Below, in pieces: positions 36,131-50,000 of a stretch of DNA of 64,000 bases (positions are counted from its first letter, which is position 1; every line of letters starts with the position of its first letter). Under the pieces are notes generated by a model, which searched no databases, was not told where the DNA came from, and saw only the letters and a program-made list of their open reading frames with translations. The stretch spans positions 335,544,001 through 335,608,000 of the forward strand of contig OZ024743.1 of NCBI GenBank assembly GCA_964016885.1. The letters are read 5' to 3'. This DNA is from Eledone cirrhosa. Lineage: Eukaryota. The translations under genes were made by a program, and so were the position numbers.

Positions 36131-36319
36131 TTTATATATACATATATATATATATATATACATACATAATAATAGTTTACAGTATCGTAAAAGAGGATAG
36201 AAAGAAGATGTAAAAAGAGGTACGATACAGAATATTACATGCCAAAAGTGGATGCTTGGGTTATCAGGGTTAAATATTAGGGAACGTTAATATTTAGTTT
36301 AAACGTTAAGCAGAGCGGT

Positions 36320-36495
36320 TATAAGCAAAATAATTAATGAAAGGGTTACAAGCCGTTACAACATATCTTTATAAAGCTCTTACACATGTTTCGCCCATGA
36401 GCCCCATTGGGCGGAACATGTGGAACAGCTTTATAAAGATATGTGTTAACTATGTGTTAACGGTTTGTAACTCTTTCATGAATTATTTTGCTTAT
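36320..36495. repeat. Imperfect hairpin repeat unique to the left arm
   Basis: ATAAGCAAAATAATT...ACATGTTTCGCCCA / TGGGCGGAACATGT...AATTATTTTGCTTAT. Confidence 0.8.
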
Positions 36496-36655
36496 ATATA
36501 TATATATAATAAGGTTTGACGGACCCAGCATATTTATCAATGCCAGTACCGGTTGTATCTCACCGCACTCCATGGGCAATGTAAGATACATTACCAGAGT
36601 ATACACATAGTTATTTGCTTCAACACAACACACGTAAAACGAGTGCCTATAAGGT

Positions 36656-36765
36656 CCCGGACTCGAGTTTCTGCCGCACTAATGCAGCAGTATGGTGCAC
36701 TGCACCATCTGTCTTCATATATTATGCAACAATGCACAATCGGCTTATGCGGCTTCATCAGCGGG
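36656..36765 (-). ncRNA. Type I hammerhead ribozyme (mirror of 45075-45184)
   Basis: Reverse complement of the 45075 motif. Confidence 0.82.
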
Positions 36766-38257
36766 TATCGCCTAATCAATAACCAATCGATCGACAGAAT
36801 CCTAAGACCAGTCTATGCCGGCCATGACTGTTTGTGACGACTGACACGGTAAAGCTATTAGCAACTGGCACCCGATAGGACTCTATCTCTCAACTAGCCA
36901 CTGATTTTCAAATTTTACGTGGGGATGGGAAGCTAAAAAGAATCAATCTTTTAGATCCTGTCAGAAGCACTCAGCCAACGTGTCTCACACACAAATTATC
37001 AAGAAGTGAAAAGATGGCCATTAGAAATAGCAGTTCACATTGATATAAAATAGAATGGTAGCATTCGGTTCATGTCTCCAAGCCCCATGTATATATATAT
37101 GAGAGTTTTTAGTCTTCAAATTTATTGTTACTATATATATATGTGTGTGTGTATTGGAGCTCGTTTTGTGGTGTATGTATGACCCCTGCCTTCAGTCGTT
37201 TTTCTTGGTGTTACACTTTTTAACTTTTGTGTTGACATCTCTCTCCATTGAGTGATTTGTGATTGCCTCAAACAACTCGACTAGTACCTGCTGTATGGCA
37301 GCTACAAAACACACACATACACAGACACACGTGTATATTTATATGTGTGTGTGTGTATATAGATATATAGATTAATCCTGGGCAACGAGGGAAGAAGAAA
37401 AGGGTAATGGTTATGTCTGCTAAAATTGGAAATAAAAGGGAAAAATAGATGTAGGATTTTTAACATTAGAAAGTGACAAAACAATTGTTTATCATACCTA
37501 TACAAGTACAGCCGTTACAAATAACGGTGTCTATTGTAAAATCATATCTAATTCAATAACTTCTTGATTAAACCATCTTTTGTTTCTTTTTCTGAAATTG
37601 ATGCGAATATTACATTTGCAGAGAATGTTAATTTCACCATTTTTAATCTACAGGGAAATACGTTAATCTGACATATTTATATGAAATCCTTTCACATTTT
37701 ACCAATAAGATCGAAAAGTTAAAAAGAATAATTAGAAAATAAAATCAAATATAATAATGACATTATCATTTTGAAGGGACGGACGTCTTCAGGCCGCAGT
37801 TGCCGCCATTACTCGGTTTCTGTAGCAACAGTGGTGGGTAGGCTATTCGTACCATAACCTCTCTGGTGTACTTATCTTCCAATGCTCAACGTATGCACCA
37901 AACAATCTAGTTCCCCTCAGTCTCCATTTATTTTGTTGCTGTATCCACTCAACTATTCACAACTCAACGGCAAGCTTGAAATAACACCAAATTCCTTCTA
38001 ATATGTTTCTATTTGTTCCTAGGCTGCAATTAAAGTGCTTAATTAACCATTTAATAATTTATATCCTTGCTTAATCATTCGTTCTACCCAATGACTCAGA
38101 TTTTTAATAAAACTATTAAATCGATTAATTTATTCTTTTTTTTTTTTACTAGAAAAATATTATAGCCTATTTTGGGAAGACAAATTGATGCAAAATGCAT
38201 TAGTACAAAATGCATTTACAGTTTAGTCAAATAATTACTTGTATTATAAACATGAGT

Positions 38258-38307
<50 letters not shown>

Positions 38308-38485
38308 TAATAAAAACAATGAATAAAACAAAGAAACAGTTCCTTATATTAAAAATTCATCATTTTACGATCGTTTCTAGGATATATATGTGTGAGTTGG
38401 TATGTATATAATATAGATCTATGTAAAAAATTTACAAACTATCAGAGGAAATATACATACCTACACATATATGTGCTGTCTTCAG

Positions 38486-38547
<62 letters not shown>

Positions 38548-38650
38548 TGCAAGAGATGTCAACATGAATGGACCTGTTATTTTTATCTAAAGACATCTTT
38601 TTTCAATTACAACCCGCCAATCCCCTCAATCTATCTTATTTCTCATTCTT

Positions 38651-38686
38651 TCTTCTAATGAAGGACTAGCGTCCGAAACGTTAAGA
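38651..38686 (+). ncRNA. Minimal HHR with core mutation (CTAATGA)
   Basis: TCTT-CTAATGA-A-GGAC(tagc)GTCC-GAAAC-GTT-AAGA. Confidence 0.65.
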
Positions 38687-38901
38687 CCCTTTTCCTGTCA
38701 TTTCAAGCGTTAACCTAATATATTCCTTCCATATACTGTACCAATTGCGTTGTAATTTCTGTTTACCTATTACACACACATATATATATATGAATTCCCT
38801 TTTCTTTAAACCCATCAAACAATGACCTCCACCCATCACAATCCCCACCCTCTCCTACAACCAGAAAAGATATAAATACCACCACATTTACTAGGACAGT
38901 C

Positions 38902-38952
38902 AGCTTCCCGATGATTTCTCACGAATGAAACAGTTCTAGTCCTGTAGAAGCT
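38902..38952 (+). ncRNA. Type I HHR (variant core CCGATGA)
   Basis: AGCTTC-CCGATGA-T-TTC(tcac)GAA-T-GAAACAG(ttctagtc)CTGTA-GAAGCT. Confidence 0.72.
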
Positions 38953-39267
38953 TTTCTATATTAAAACATTGATATTCTGCCATGTATTGAGTACCTTACT
39001 TACTGTGGTTACCCCCGATTGAACCCGCAATAACTTATATATATATTACCGTACCGTCTAAATAAAATACCCTTTTTACACCAAAGCCACCTTCGTTCAC
39101 ATCTTAGGATAGATTTTATGATATATTTGTTCCTACTTAGGGTCATTGTACAGAACCGTAAATAGGAGCAAATATTTCATCTACATACAGGACGTGTCAA
39201 ATGTTACTACCATTTATTTTACTACTTATTGCTATTAAAAATAGACAGGGACTCTTGAGCCACCTTA

Positions 39268-39545
39268 GGCGCAGGTATGGCTGAGAGTTAAGGAAGTTAG
39301 CTTCGAAACCAGTTGGGTCTGGATCAATCCCATTGAGAAGCAATTTAGGCAAGTGTCTTCTGTCTTAGTTTTGGGATGACCACGTCCTTGTGAGTGGAAT
39401 TCGATTGACACAAACTACAGAAGACCGTCATATATGTATGTGTGTGTTTAATTTGTGACTGTGTTTATGCGCCGTAACTTAAAAGTTCGAAAAATATATC
39501 GATAAAATAAGTACTATACTTGAAAATATTAGTACTGGAATCGAT
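39268..39545 (+). mobile_element. SINE (mirror copy ~41680-41957 on minus)
   Basis: GGCGCAGGTATGGCTGAG tRNA-like head, GGCAAGTGTCTTC, GATAAAATAAGTAC tail. Confidence 0.6.
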
Positions 39546-39670
39546 ATGATCAAATTAGTTCATTTTTAAACATTTTTTGTACAATAATCGTCTACATGCG
39601 CTTACTGCAAAATCCCAAGCTCAATCGCATGTTTTACGCAAACAAATATTGCACTTCATCAGAAATAGCA

Positions 39671-39739
<69 letters not shown>

Positions 39740-39740
<1 letters not shown>

Positions 39741-41480
39741 TTAAATATTTTGATGTGAAACATACCAATTTTTCATTTTCAGGGTACTTGATGATGAGAT
39801 CTGAATTTGGTATTTTTTCACTTTTTCATTTATCGAAACTTATTTGGATTTTGAAGTTTGAACTTATCTACAGAGCAGGTTTGGATTTTGAAATTTAAAT
39901 TTGTCCAAGTACCACGGCCATTTGCCAATATGATTTGTTTTTATTGATTTATTATTTTAAATCGAGACAGGCAAACTGTATTATTATAATTAGTATTTTT
40001 CAATGTAGCTAACTTAGTCTTTTACAATACAAATACTTATATGTTGGTATTTGTGTTTATCATATATATTAATTTATATTAAATTGTATTACACGGCTCA
40101 GAAATACTTCTTTCTTTGAGCTATTTCATTGTAAAGGACTGTTTGAGTTTAGAACTCGTTATTCATAGTATCACGGCTCCTTCTGTCGAGCTAACGTTTA
40201 GCCCCATGAAAACGGCTGTTATTTCTAGCAGCACGACTATGAGGTAGCTAGACACTGAAAAACCATGTGCGTTAATCAGTCTTCTTAAATATTTTGAAGT
40301 GAAACATACCAATTTTTCAGGGTACTTGCTGATGAGATTTGAATTTGGTATTTTTTCACTTCAAAATCAAAATAAGTTTCGATAAATGAAAAAGTGAAAA
40401 AATACCAAATTCAGATCTCATCAGCAAGTACCCTGAAAAAATCGTATGTTTCACTTCAAAATATTTAAAACTGATTAACGCACATGGTTTTTCAGTGTCT
40501 AGCTGCCTCATACTCGTGCTGCTAGAAATAACAGCCGTTTTTATGGGGCTAAAAATTAGCTTGACAGAAGGAGCTTGAATAACGAGTTCTAAACTCAAAC
40601 AGTCCTTTACAATGAAATAGCTCAAAGAAAGAAGTATTTCTGAGCCGTGTAATACAAGTTAATATAAATTAATATATATGATAAACACAAATACCAACAT
40701 ATAACTGTTTGTATTGTAAAAGACTAAGTTAGCTACATTGAAAAATACTAATTATAATAATACAGTTTGCCTGTGTCGACTTAAAATAATAAATCAATAA
40801 AAACAAATCATATTGGCAAATGGCCGTGGAACTTGGACAAATTTAAATTTCAAAATCCAAACCTGCTCCGTAGATAAGTTTAAACTTCAAAATCCAAATA
40901 ATTTTCGATAAATGAAAAAGCGAAAAATACCAAATTCAGATCTTATCAGCAAGTACCCTAAACAATTGGTATGTTTCACTTCAAAATATTTAAGAAGACT
41001 GATTAACGCACATGGTTTTTCAGTGTCTAGCTGCCTCATACTCGTGCTGCTAGAAATAACAGCCGTTTTTATGGGGCTAAAAATTAGCTGGACAGAAGGA
41101 GCCGTGATACTATGAATAACGAGTTCTAAACTCAAACAGTCCTTTACAATGAAATAGCTCAAAGAAAGAAGTATTTCTGAGCCGTGTAATACAATTAATA
41201 TGAATTAATATATATGATACACACAAATACCAACATATAAGTGTTTGTATTGTAAAAGACTAAGTTAGCTAGATTGAAAAATACTAATTATAATAATACA
41301 GTTTGCCTGTCTCGTGGTACTTGGACAAATTTAAATTTCAAAATCCAAACCTGCTCCGTAGATAAGTTTAAACTTCAAAATCCCAATAAGTTTCGATAAA
41401 TGAAAAAGTGAAAAAATACCAAATTCAGATCTCATCAGCAAGTACCCTGAAAAATTGGTATGTTTCACTTCAAAATATCT
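39740..41480. repeat. ~0.5-kb HHR-bearing tandem repeat forming the centre of the large palindrome
   Basis: GGTACTTG(C)TGATGAG recurs at 39783 and 40321 (+) and at 40432, 40957, 41446 (-); orientation flips at ~40360. Confidence 0.9.
41316..41446 (-). ncRNA. Type I HHR with intact core and extended helix III (other copies 39783-39913 +, 40828-40957 -)
   Basis: GGTACTTG-CTGATGA-GAT...ATC-GAAAC-(~70-nt GU-rich hairpin)-GTC-CAAGTACC; 8-bp helix I; GUC cleavage triplet. Confidence 0.82.
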
Positions 41481-41484
41481 ACGA

Positions 41485-41552
<68 letters not shown>

Positions 41553-42495
41553 TGCTATTTCTGATGAAGTGCAATATTTGTTTGCGTAAAACATGCGATT
41601 GAGCTTGGGATTTTGCAGTAAGCGCATGTAGACGATTATTGTACACAAAATGTTTTAAAATGATCTAATTTGATCATATCGATTCCAGTACTAATATTTT
41701 CAAGTATAGTACTTATTTTATCGATATATTTTTCGAACTTTTAAGTTACGGCGCATAAACACAGTCACAAATTAAACACACACATACATATATGACGGTC
41801 TTCTGTAGTTTGTGTCAATCGAATTCCACTCACAAGGACGTGGTCATCCCAAAACTAAGACAGAAGACACTTGCCTAAATTGCTTCTCAATGTGATTGAT
41901 CCAAACCCAACTGGTTTCGAAGCTAACTTCCTTAACTGTCAGCCATACCTGCGCCTAAGGTGGCTCAAGAGTCCCTGTCTATTTTTAATAGCAATAAGTA
42001 GTAAAATAAATGGTAGTAACATTTGACACGTCCTGTATGTAGATGAAATATTTGCTCCTATTTACGGTTCTGTACAATGACCCTAAGTAGGAACAAATAT
42101 ATCATAAAATCTATCCTAAGATGTGAACGAAGGTGGCTTTGGTGTAAAAAGGGTATTTTATTTAGACGGTACGGTAATATATATATAAGTTATTGCGGGT
42201 TCAATCGGGGGTAACCACAGTAAGTAAGGTACTCAATACATGGCAGAATATCAATGTTTTAATATAGAAAAGCTTCTACAGGACTAGAACTGTTTCATTC
42301 GTGAGAAATCATCTTTTCTGGTTGTAGGAGAGGGTGGGGATTGTGATGGGTCGAGGTCATTGGTTGATGGGTTTAAAGAAAAGGGGATTCATATATATAT
42401 ATATGTGTGTAATAGGTAAACAGAAATAACAACACAATTGGTACAGTATATGGAAGGAATATATTAGGTTAACGCTTGAAATGACAGGAAGAGGG

Positions 42496-42531
42496 TCTTA
42501 ACGTTTCGGACGCTAATCCTTCATCAGAAGA
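42496..42531 (-). ncRNA. Minimal type I HHR with palindromic helix III
   Basis: TCTT-CTGATGA-A-GGA(ttagcg)TCC-GAAAC-GTT-AAGA. Confidence 0.78.
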
Positions 42532-42639
42532 AAGAATGAGAAATAAGATAGATTGAGGGGATTGGCGGGTTGTAATTGAAAAAAGATGTCTTTAGATAAA
42601 AATAACAGGTCCATTCATGTTGACATCTCTTGCAATATA

Positions 42640-42676
<37 letters not shown>

Positions 42677-42680
<4 letters not shown>

Positions 42681-43272
42681 CAGGTCACCAGTTGGTGCTA
42701 CTGGTAACATGTATCCCAGTACAACCTGTTTCATGGTCGGGTCGTTGGCGACTAAACTGGCAACCCCACCAAGGTTTCTTGGTGAGGAGGGTGACTTTGG
42801 ACATCCTGCAGGACTAAAAACAAAACCTGTCAAAGGGCAAAGGAGCTCTTAAGAGTCAATGGCCATCCAAAATCACCGGGAGAGATGACCCCTTAGCCTT
42901 TGTCAAGGCAGAATTCTAGGAGAAGGAAAACTCTGATATAACACCTGCAACCCTGATGGTATCCAATGATGTTGACTTGTTCTACTTTTTGGTAAATATC
43001 ATCTTGGTTAAGAGAGTGGGACTGGCTCTGTGCAATGCCTTTGCTCACTATAAAAGCTTCATGGCACAGGCATTGCTTTATGTCTGGAGATCTCTCTGCA
43101 CTTGTCACATGGTACCGTGGGCCCAGCACTGTGTGTCAATAATTGTCACAGGTGTAGTGTTTGTACCAGAGTTATCAAGTCGCTGGCTGGACTCAAAAGT
43201 CACACTCGTTCAGCGCATCGGTAGGGGTTCTCCTACATGGATATAAAGTAGTGGCCGTACTCGAAAACGAGT
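42677..43272 (+). mobile_element. ~600-bp RTE-derived non-autonomous element, right arm only
   Basis: Highly similar to 61181-61784 (-); 3' end matches the zinc-finger LINE tail at 60735-60915; sits within (TA)n. Confidence 0.75.
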
Positions 43273-43556
43273 TGGCAGCCACCATATATATATATATAGT
43301 TATAAATATTTACTCGTTGTTAACCCAACAATTTAAATATAACTTTCCATATATGTATATATATATATATATATATTTCTGAAGACAGCACATATATGTG
43401 TAGGTATGTATATTTCCTCTGATAGTTTGTAAAATTTTTACATAGATCTATATGATATACATACCAACTCACACATATATATCCTAGAAACGATCGTAAA
43501 ATGATGAATTTTTAATATAAGGAACTGTTTCTTTGTTTTATTCATTGTTTTTATTA

Positions 43557-43594
<38 letters not shown>

Positions 43595-45074
43595 ACTCAT
43601 GTTTATAATACAAGTAATTATTTGACTAAACTGTAAATGCATTTTGTACTAATGCATTTTGCATCAATTTGTCTTCCCAAAATAGGCTATAATATTTTTC
43701 TAGTAAAAATAAAAAGAATAAATTAATCGATTTAATAGTTTTATTAAAAATCTGAGTCATTGGGTAGAACGAATGATTAGGCAAGGATATAAATTATTAA
43801 ATGGTTAATGAAGCACTTTAATTGCAGCCTAGGAAGAAATAGAAACATATTAGAAGGAATTTGGTGTTATTTCAAGCTTGCCGTTGAGTTGTGAATAGTT
43901 GAGTGGATACAGCAACAAAATAAATGGAGACTGAGGGGAACTAGATTGTTTGGTGCATACGTTGAGCATTGGAAGATAAGTACACCAGAGAGGTTATGGT
44001 ACGAATAGCCTACCCACCACTGTTGCTACAGAAACCGAGTAATGGCGGCAACTGCGGCCTGAAGACGTCCGTCCCTTCAAAATGATAATGTCATTATTAT
44101 ATTTGATTTTATTTTCTAATTATTCTTTTTAACTTTTCGATCTTATTGGTAAAATGTGAAAGGATTTCATATAAATATGTCAGATTAACGTATTTCCCTG
44201 TAGATTAATAATGGTGAAATTAACAAATGTAGTATTCGCATCAATTTCAGAAAAAGAAACAAAAGATGGTTTAATCAAGAAGTTATTGAATTAGATATGA
44301 TTTTACAATAGACACCGTTATTTGTAACGGCTGTACTTGTATAGGTATGATAAACAATTGTTTTGTCACTTTCTAATGTTAAAAATCCTACATCTATTTT
44401 TCCCTTTTATTTCCAATTTTAGCAGACATAACCATTACCTTTTTTCTTCTTCCCTCGTTGCCCAGGATTAATCTATATATCTATATACACACACACATAT
44501 AAATATACACGTGTGTCTGTGTATGTGTGTGTTTTGTAGCTGCCATACAGCAGGTACTAGTCGAGTTGTTTGAGGCAATCACAAATCACTCAATGGAGAG
44601 AGATGTCAACACAAAAGTTAAAAAGTGTAACACCAAGAAAAACGACTGAAGGCAGGGGTCATACATACACCACAAAACGAGCTCCAATACACACACACAT
44701 ATATATATAGTAACAATAAATTTGAAGACTAAAAACTCTCATATATATATACATGGGGCTTGGAGACATGAACCGAATGCTACCATTCTATTTTATATCA
44801 ATGTGAACTGCTATTTCTAATGGCCATCTTTTCACTCCTTGATAATTTGTGTGTGAGACACGTTGGCTGAGTGCTTCTGACAGGATCTAAAAGATTGATT
44901 CTTTTTAGCTTCCCATCCCCACGTAAAATTTGTAAATCAGTGGCTGGTTGAGAGATAGAGTCCTATGGGTGCCAGTTGCTAATAGCTTTACCGTGTCAGT
45001 CGTCACAAACAGTCATGGCCGGCATAGACTGGTCTTAGGATTCTGTCGATCGATTGGTTATTGATTAGGCGATA

Positions 45075-45184
45075 CCCGCTGATGAAGCCGCATAAGCCGA
45101 TTGTGCATTGTTGCATAATATATGAAGACAGATGGTGCAGTGCACCATACTGCTGCATTAGTGCGGCAGAAACTCGAGTCCGGG
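45075..45184 (+). ncRNA. Type I HHR with large helix II insertion
   Basis: CCCG-CTGATGA-A-GCCGCA...TGCGGC-A-GAAAC-TCGA-GTC-CGGG; palindromic helix III ACTCGAGT; GUC triplet. Confidence 0.85.
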
Positions 45185-45394
45185 AACCTTATAGGCACTC
45201 GTTTTACTTGTGTTGTGTTGAAGCAAATAACTATGTGTATACTCTGGTAATGTATCTTACATTGCCCATGGAGTGCGGGGAGATACAACCGGTACTGGCA
45301 TTGATAAATATGCTGGGTCCGTCAACCCTTATTATTATTATTATTATTATATACTCCGTTGCTTCATTTGATATATATATATATATATATCAAA

Positions 45395-46130
45395 TGAAGC
45401 AACGGAGTAAAGGACTCGCTTTCTTCAATACACAGTCCACACGACGGATTGCCCCTAGCGTATGGCTTGGACTTTGTGATGGCTTTCCATTGAATGGAGT
45501 AGTCTATACCTGAGTCCTTGAGGGACCATACGTGTTTCGCGAGTTTCGTGGCTGATCGTTTGTCCGGGTACCTAATGGTCGACTGATGGTTCAGGAAGCG
45601 TTCCTTAAATCCGCCCTCCGTCATACCCACATTGGATTTGGCCTCCTGTGGTTGACTTGGTCGGCTGGAAGTGACCACAGCTTGATAAACTACAGCGGGT
45701 GTGTTGCATTACTGTTGAAAGGGACAAGCTTCAGGCTTTCGACAAGAGCAGCCTGGTGGGGTGCCACTCTTAGGACTGTTGGGGATGTGGGCCTTCATAT
45801 TCTTAGCGCAGGAGTACCGTAGTTTTACTCTGTGTCTGTTAAAGATGAAGCGGTATTTGTGACCTATGGGAAAGTGTGTCTCCAAGAGGGCTAAGAATGT
45901 TCTTCCTACATTAGTTTTAACGTTGAGTGAGCAGGGAGGAGAGAACCAGATAGTTCTGAAGTTGTTGACTTGTTTGCTCAAGTTACTCCGTTGTTGAAGA
46001 GGAGGGCTTTCCGGCAGTGTGCCATGATCTCCTTATATAAAACATGGACGGTAGTGTAAGTGGTAGCAAAGTCCAACGCTTTGTTTAGCAGGGTCTCTGA
46101 GATCGACGGGTAAAATCTACAATGTCGAAT
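45395..46130 (-). mobile_element. Degenerate Penelope-like element fragment (RT remnant + GIY-YIG)
   Basis: FYPSISETLLNKALDFA, IWFSPP, IFNRHRVKLRYSC, CSCRKPEACP, FKERFLNH, CGLCIEE, homologous to 53690-56092. Confidence 0.8.
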
Positions 46131-46776
46131 GCGTGAACTTCCCTTTTTTGGAGTTGAAGTTAACTCCTTCAACTCCAAAAAAACGAACAATGAACTATAA
46201 TGTCGATGCATATGAAAAGCGTCTTGGTCTTGCCATATTGGTGTATGCCGCCATAATTACGAGAGTTCATGATGGGGTGGGTGGTTCAATCATTTTTAAC
46301 GAGGAGAAAAGGGCGCAAAAGGTAGTCATACTCAATGATTAGTTGATAGCCATGTTTACATGTTTATAAATCCAATATGTATATTAACATACACATTCAG
46401 ACACCCTCCGTTAATCCTGCACTGTACCTACAGCGATATGTATTTCTCATGTATTCGGGCAACATTGCCGCAATTAATGTATATAAGGTAATTAGCTGCA
46501 GGCATAATCTCTGATAATATGCGAATTAGTACACACATTTTACAGTTATCACTACACTTAGCAGGCTTTATAAAGGCATTTGGGTGCGTATTTCTCTGAT
46601 GAGACCCTAATAAACTTTGAAGATTATTAACGACTTCGCAGTAATATGTAAATATGATATGATTGCATGTCTAAAAAGGCCATGTGTATATTTATATAAG
46701 CATTCCCGAAACATCTGTTAATACTAAGGTGTATATATATATATATATATGTACATACACACACACATACACACAC

Positions 46777-46887
<111 letters not shown>

Positions 46888-46908
46888 AATATATATATAT
46901 AATATATG

Positions 46909-46944
<36 letters not shown>

Positions 46945-47056
46945 TAAAAGAGAAAACACAGGTAAGCATTAAGAGAAGGATTTTATCCAGGTACTTACGA
47001 CGAGCTGGATCACAAAAAGCAATTTTCTGCTTCCCTAATTATATATATATATATAT

Positions 47057-50000
47057 AACTTTGATAACTTTGATAGCTTTCGGCCAGTATTGGCCCAGGC
47101 CATGTCTAACTTAATAGCACCACCTGGCGAAGTCTTTACAAATCACTTTTGGGCACCATGGCCCACTCGAGCAGAGAGTTATTGTTTACGGAGGCATATC
47201 TGGGTGTAGGAGGCTTATCCGGGATTTCTTGAAGGAATTTATCCAAAGACTTCTTGAACTTGATGAGGTCTGTTTCTGCTTTGATGTGTTTTGGTGTTAT
47301 GTTAAAGAGAGCAGGGCCAATTGAGGTGAAATAATTGTGCCGTATTGTTATTATGAGATGCGAGTGAGATTTTTGTCGCGGGCGGATAGAACGGGGCCCA
47401 AGCCTTCGATGTACATTGAAGGTGATGCCAACATCATTGTGCAAAGCTGATGGAATATTTTCCACATCCTACAGATAATGTAGCGCTCACGGCGACATTG
47501 GGGAGAATAAAGGTTGAGCTTTTCTAATCAACTCCAATATTCAAGGCCTGTCATGCCATCTATCTTTTTTGTAATTGACCTTTGGGGTGCTTCAACTTTC
47601 ATGATACTTTGTTTCGTGTGGGGAGACCACAGTGGACAACAGTATTCAAGGTGGGGTCGGGCAAAAGTGGAGAAGAGGAGGATAACAGTGTGGGTATCTC
47701 TCGATTGGAAAGTTCTGAATATCCAGGAACACATTCTGCGGGCCATATCAACTTTGCTGTTTATATGAGTGGCCCAGCTTATGTTGTTGTCCACAATTAC
47801 TCCCAGGTCTCTGATGTTGTTGGATGCCACTAGATTTTCACCTGAAGGAAGAGAGTATGGTAGTTTCAGGGCATCCTTTCAGGAAAGTGGGTTATTCGTG
47901 ATCTCACCACCCTCTCAAATACCTTGATAATATGAGATGTGAATGAGATCGGACGGTAGTTAATTGCAAGGGAGTTATTTCCCTTTTTGAAGACTGGGAC
48001 AATAGACTGGGACAGACAGTTTTCAGGAATATAGCCAGTGTCCAGTGAGTTCCTCCGCAGATTAGCAAGAGGAGTTGCAAGTTGGTGTCAACACACCTTC
48101 AGGACACAAGCAGGGAACCTGTCGGGGCCTACTGCTGAATTGTGTTTAATTTCGTTTATTGCCGCTAAGACATCAGGGGCGCCAAACGTTATGTCTGATA
48201 TAGTGTGTTGAGGATTAACATCACTGGTACAGCCCAGATCGGCCATATCAGGATTGCTGAAAACAGAGCAGTATTGTTTCTGCAGTATCTCGCCCATGGT
48301 TTTGGCATTATCTTGGAGTGTGCCATTTTAATCAACAAGAGGGCCAACAGTGGAGACCTTGTGTTTTTTAGCAAATGAAAAGAACACTTTGGGGATGAGT
48401 TTGATTTTCTCAATGGCCCACCTCTCTTCAGCTATTCTCTGGTTGTTGATGATGGTCATCATGCATTGCTGGAGGTTATATTTTTTTGACTCAATCAGGG
48501 TGATAGTCATTGAATGTGTGTGTTGCAGTTGGCAGTATTTTTTTGTTTGTTCATTTTATTTTTCTGATAATTGTTTTTCTGTTTTGGGGGATACTGCACT
48601 TGGTTTTGTTCACAGGTTTTAGTAGGTTGCTTTTTTTACATATATTTGTGACAGTGTCTACAAAGATCTGCCAAGATCTTTTGATGTTGGTGGCAGTGTG
48701 TGCGTGTGTAAAAGACCAGTCGACGTGTGACAGTTCGTTCATAATTGCATCCCAGTTGGCATTGTAGAGATCAATGTTATCAAATGGGTGGACTGGAAAG
48801 AGTACCCTGGGATTAGCTTTCGGCTGGTGGAATCTCAGGTTACAAAGAACCATGCCATGGTCTGAGAGAAGGATTTTTTTCCACTGTAATATTATGTATA
48901 GTGTTAGTGTGGTTATTAAACACTAGATCCAGAATGTTCTTCTGATGTCTCGTTGGTGCAAGGACGATTTGGGACAAGAAAAACTCATTCATGAAGTTAA
49001 GAAGTGACTCGACAGCTTCTTTGTCAGTGGTTGAGGTTGGGGTGCCTGGTTTCAAACTACATGTAGACCAATTGACACAGGGTACATAAAGTCTCCCATC
49101 AAAAGTATGTTGCTAGAATGGCACTGTTTAATAAAGCATTTAATACTGTTGAGGCATTCTTTGAAGCAGATTATGGGTGGTTGTGGAGCCCAACTAATGT
49201 CAGGTCATTGGCTTTATTGTGCACAGTGACTGATTCACAGTAGCCATTGCAGTGTGTTGTGTTACCATCTACCGTAAAGGAATCATGCAGGAAAATGGCA
49301 GTTCCACCCTTCCTTCTGCCAACACGATCCGCACGGATGGCTGTGAAATTCCTCACTCTTACTTCGGCCTCCAAGTGGGAGTTGTCAAGGTGGGTCTCAG
49401 TAAGAATGAAGAAGGGGATGTGAAATGGGTGGTTACCAACCCAATCCTCAATGAATTTGATCTTCCATTTCTGTGCATTGATGGATGGGCTGATACCTTG
49501 TGTATTGAGTAAAAATGTGGAGGCTAGTGTAGTGGCTGGTTTTAACTGTTGCAGGGGGGGCTTGTTTTGAGATTATGTGTTAGTGACAGCAAGGATGGTG
49601 TTGGGTGATGGCTAAAATGTTTTTCTCTATCTCTTTTGCCAGGTTTATGGCTAAAAACGAACACTTTTTCTTGTTCAGGGAGCAGTTTTTGATTAGATTT
49701 GTGGTTACACCATTGGATAGGGTTGCAGTTCCCTCTTTTGTTGTTGTTGTTTGTATTTGTCGTAATTGTGTCTTTGTGAAAAGACTGGTGCCGCGTTACT
49801 TTGGTTGTTGTTGTAATCGTGTATTTGTGGAAAGACTGGAGCAGCATTACTTTTGTTGTTGTTGTATTTGTTGTTGTTGTAATCGTGTCTTTGTGAAAAG
49901 ACTGAAGTACCATTACTTATTTTTTTTTTTTTTTTTGTATTCGTGTCTTTGTGAGAAAACTGGAGCAGCATTACTGCAGCAGGGGTGGCTTTATTGTGGT

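Noticed and set aside
42680-42800. Possible HDV-like or twister ribozyme at the 5' end of the RTE derivative
   Set aside because: Only a partial P1-like pairing was found; the full pseudoknot could not be built by eye
46590-46725. CTGATGAG...CGAAACATCTGTT motif
   Set aside because: No convincing helix II or helix I
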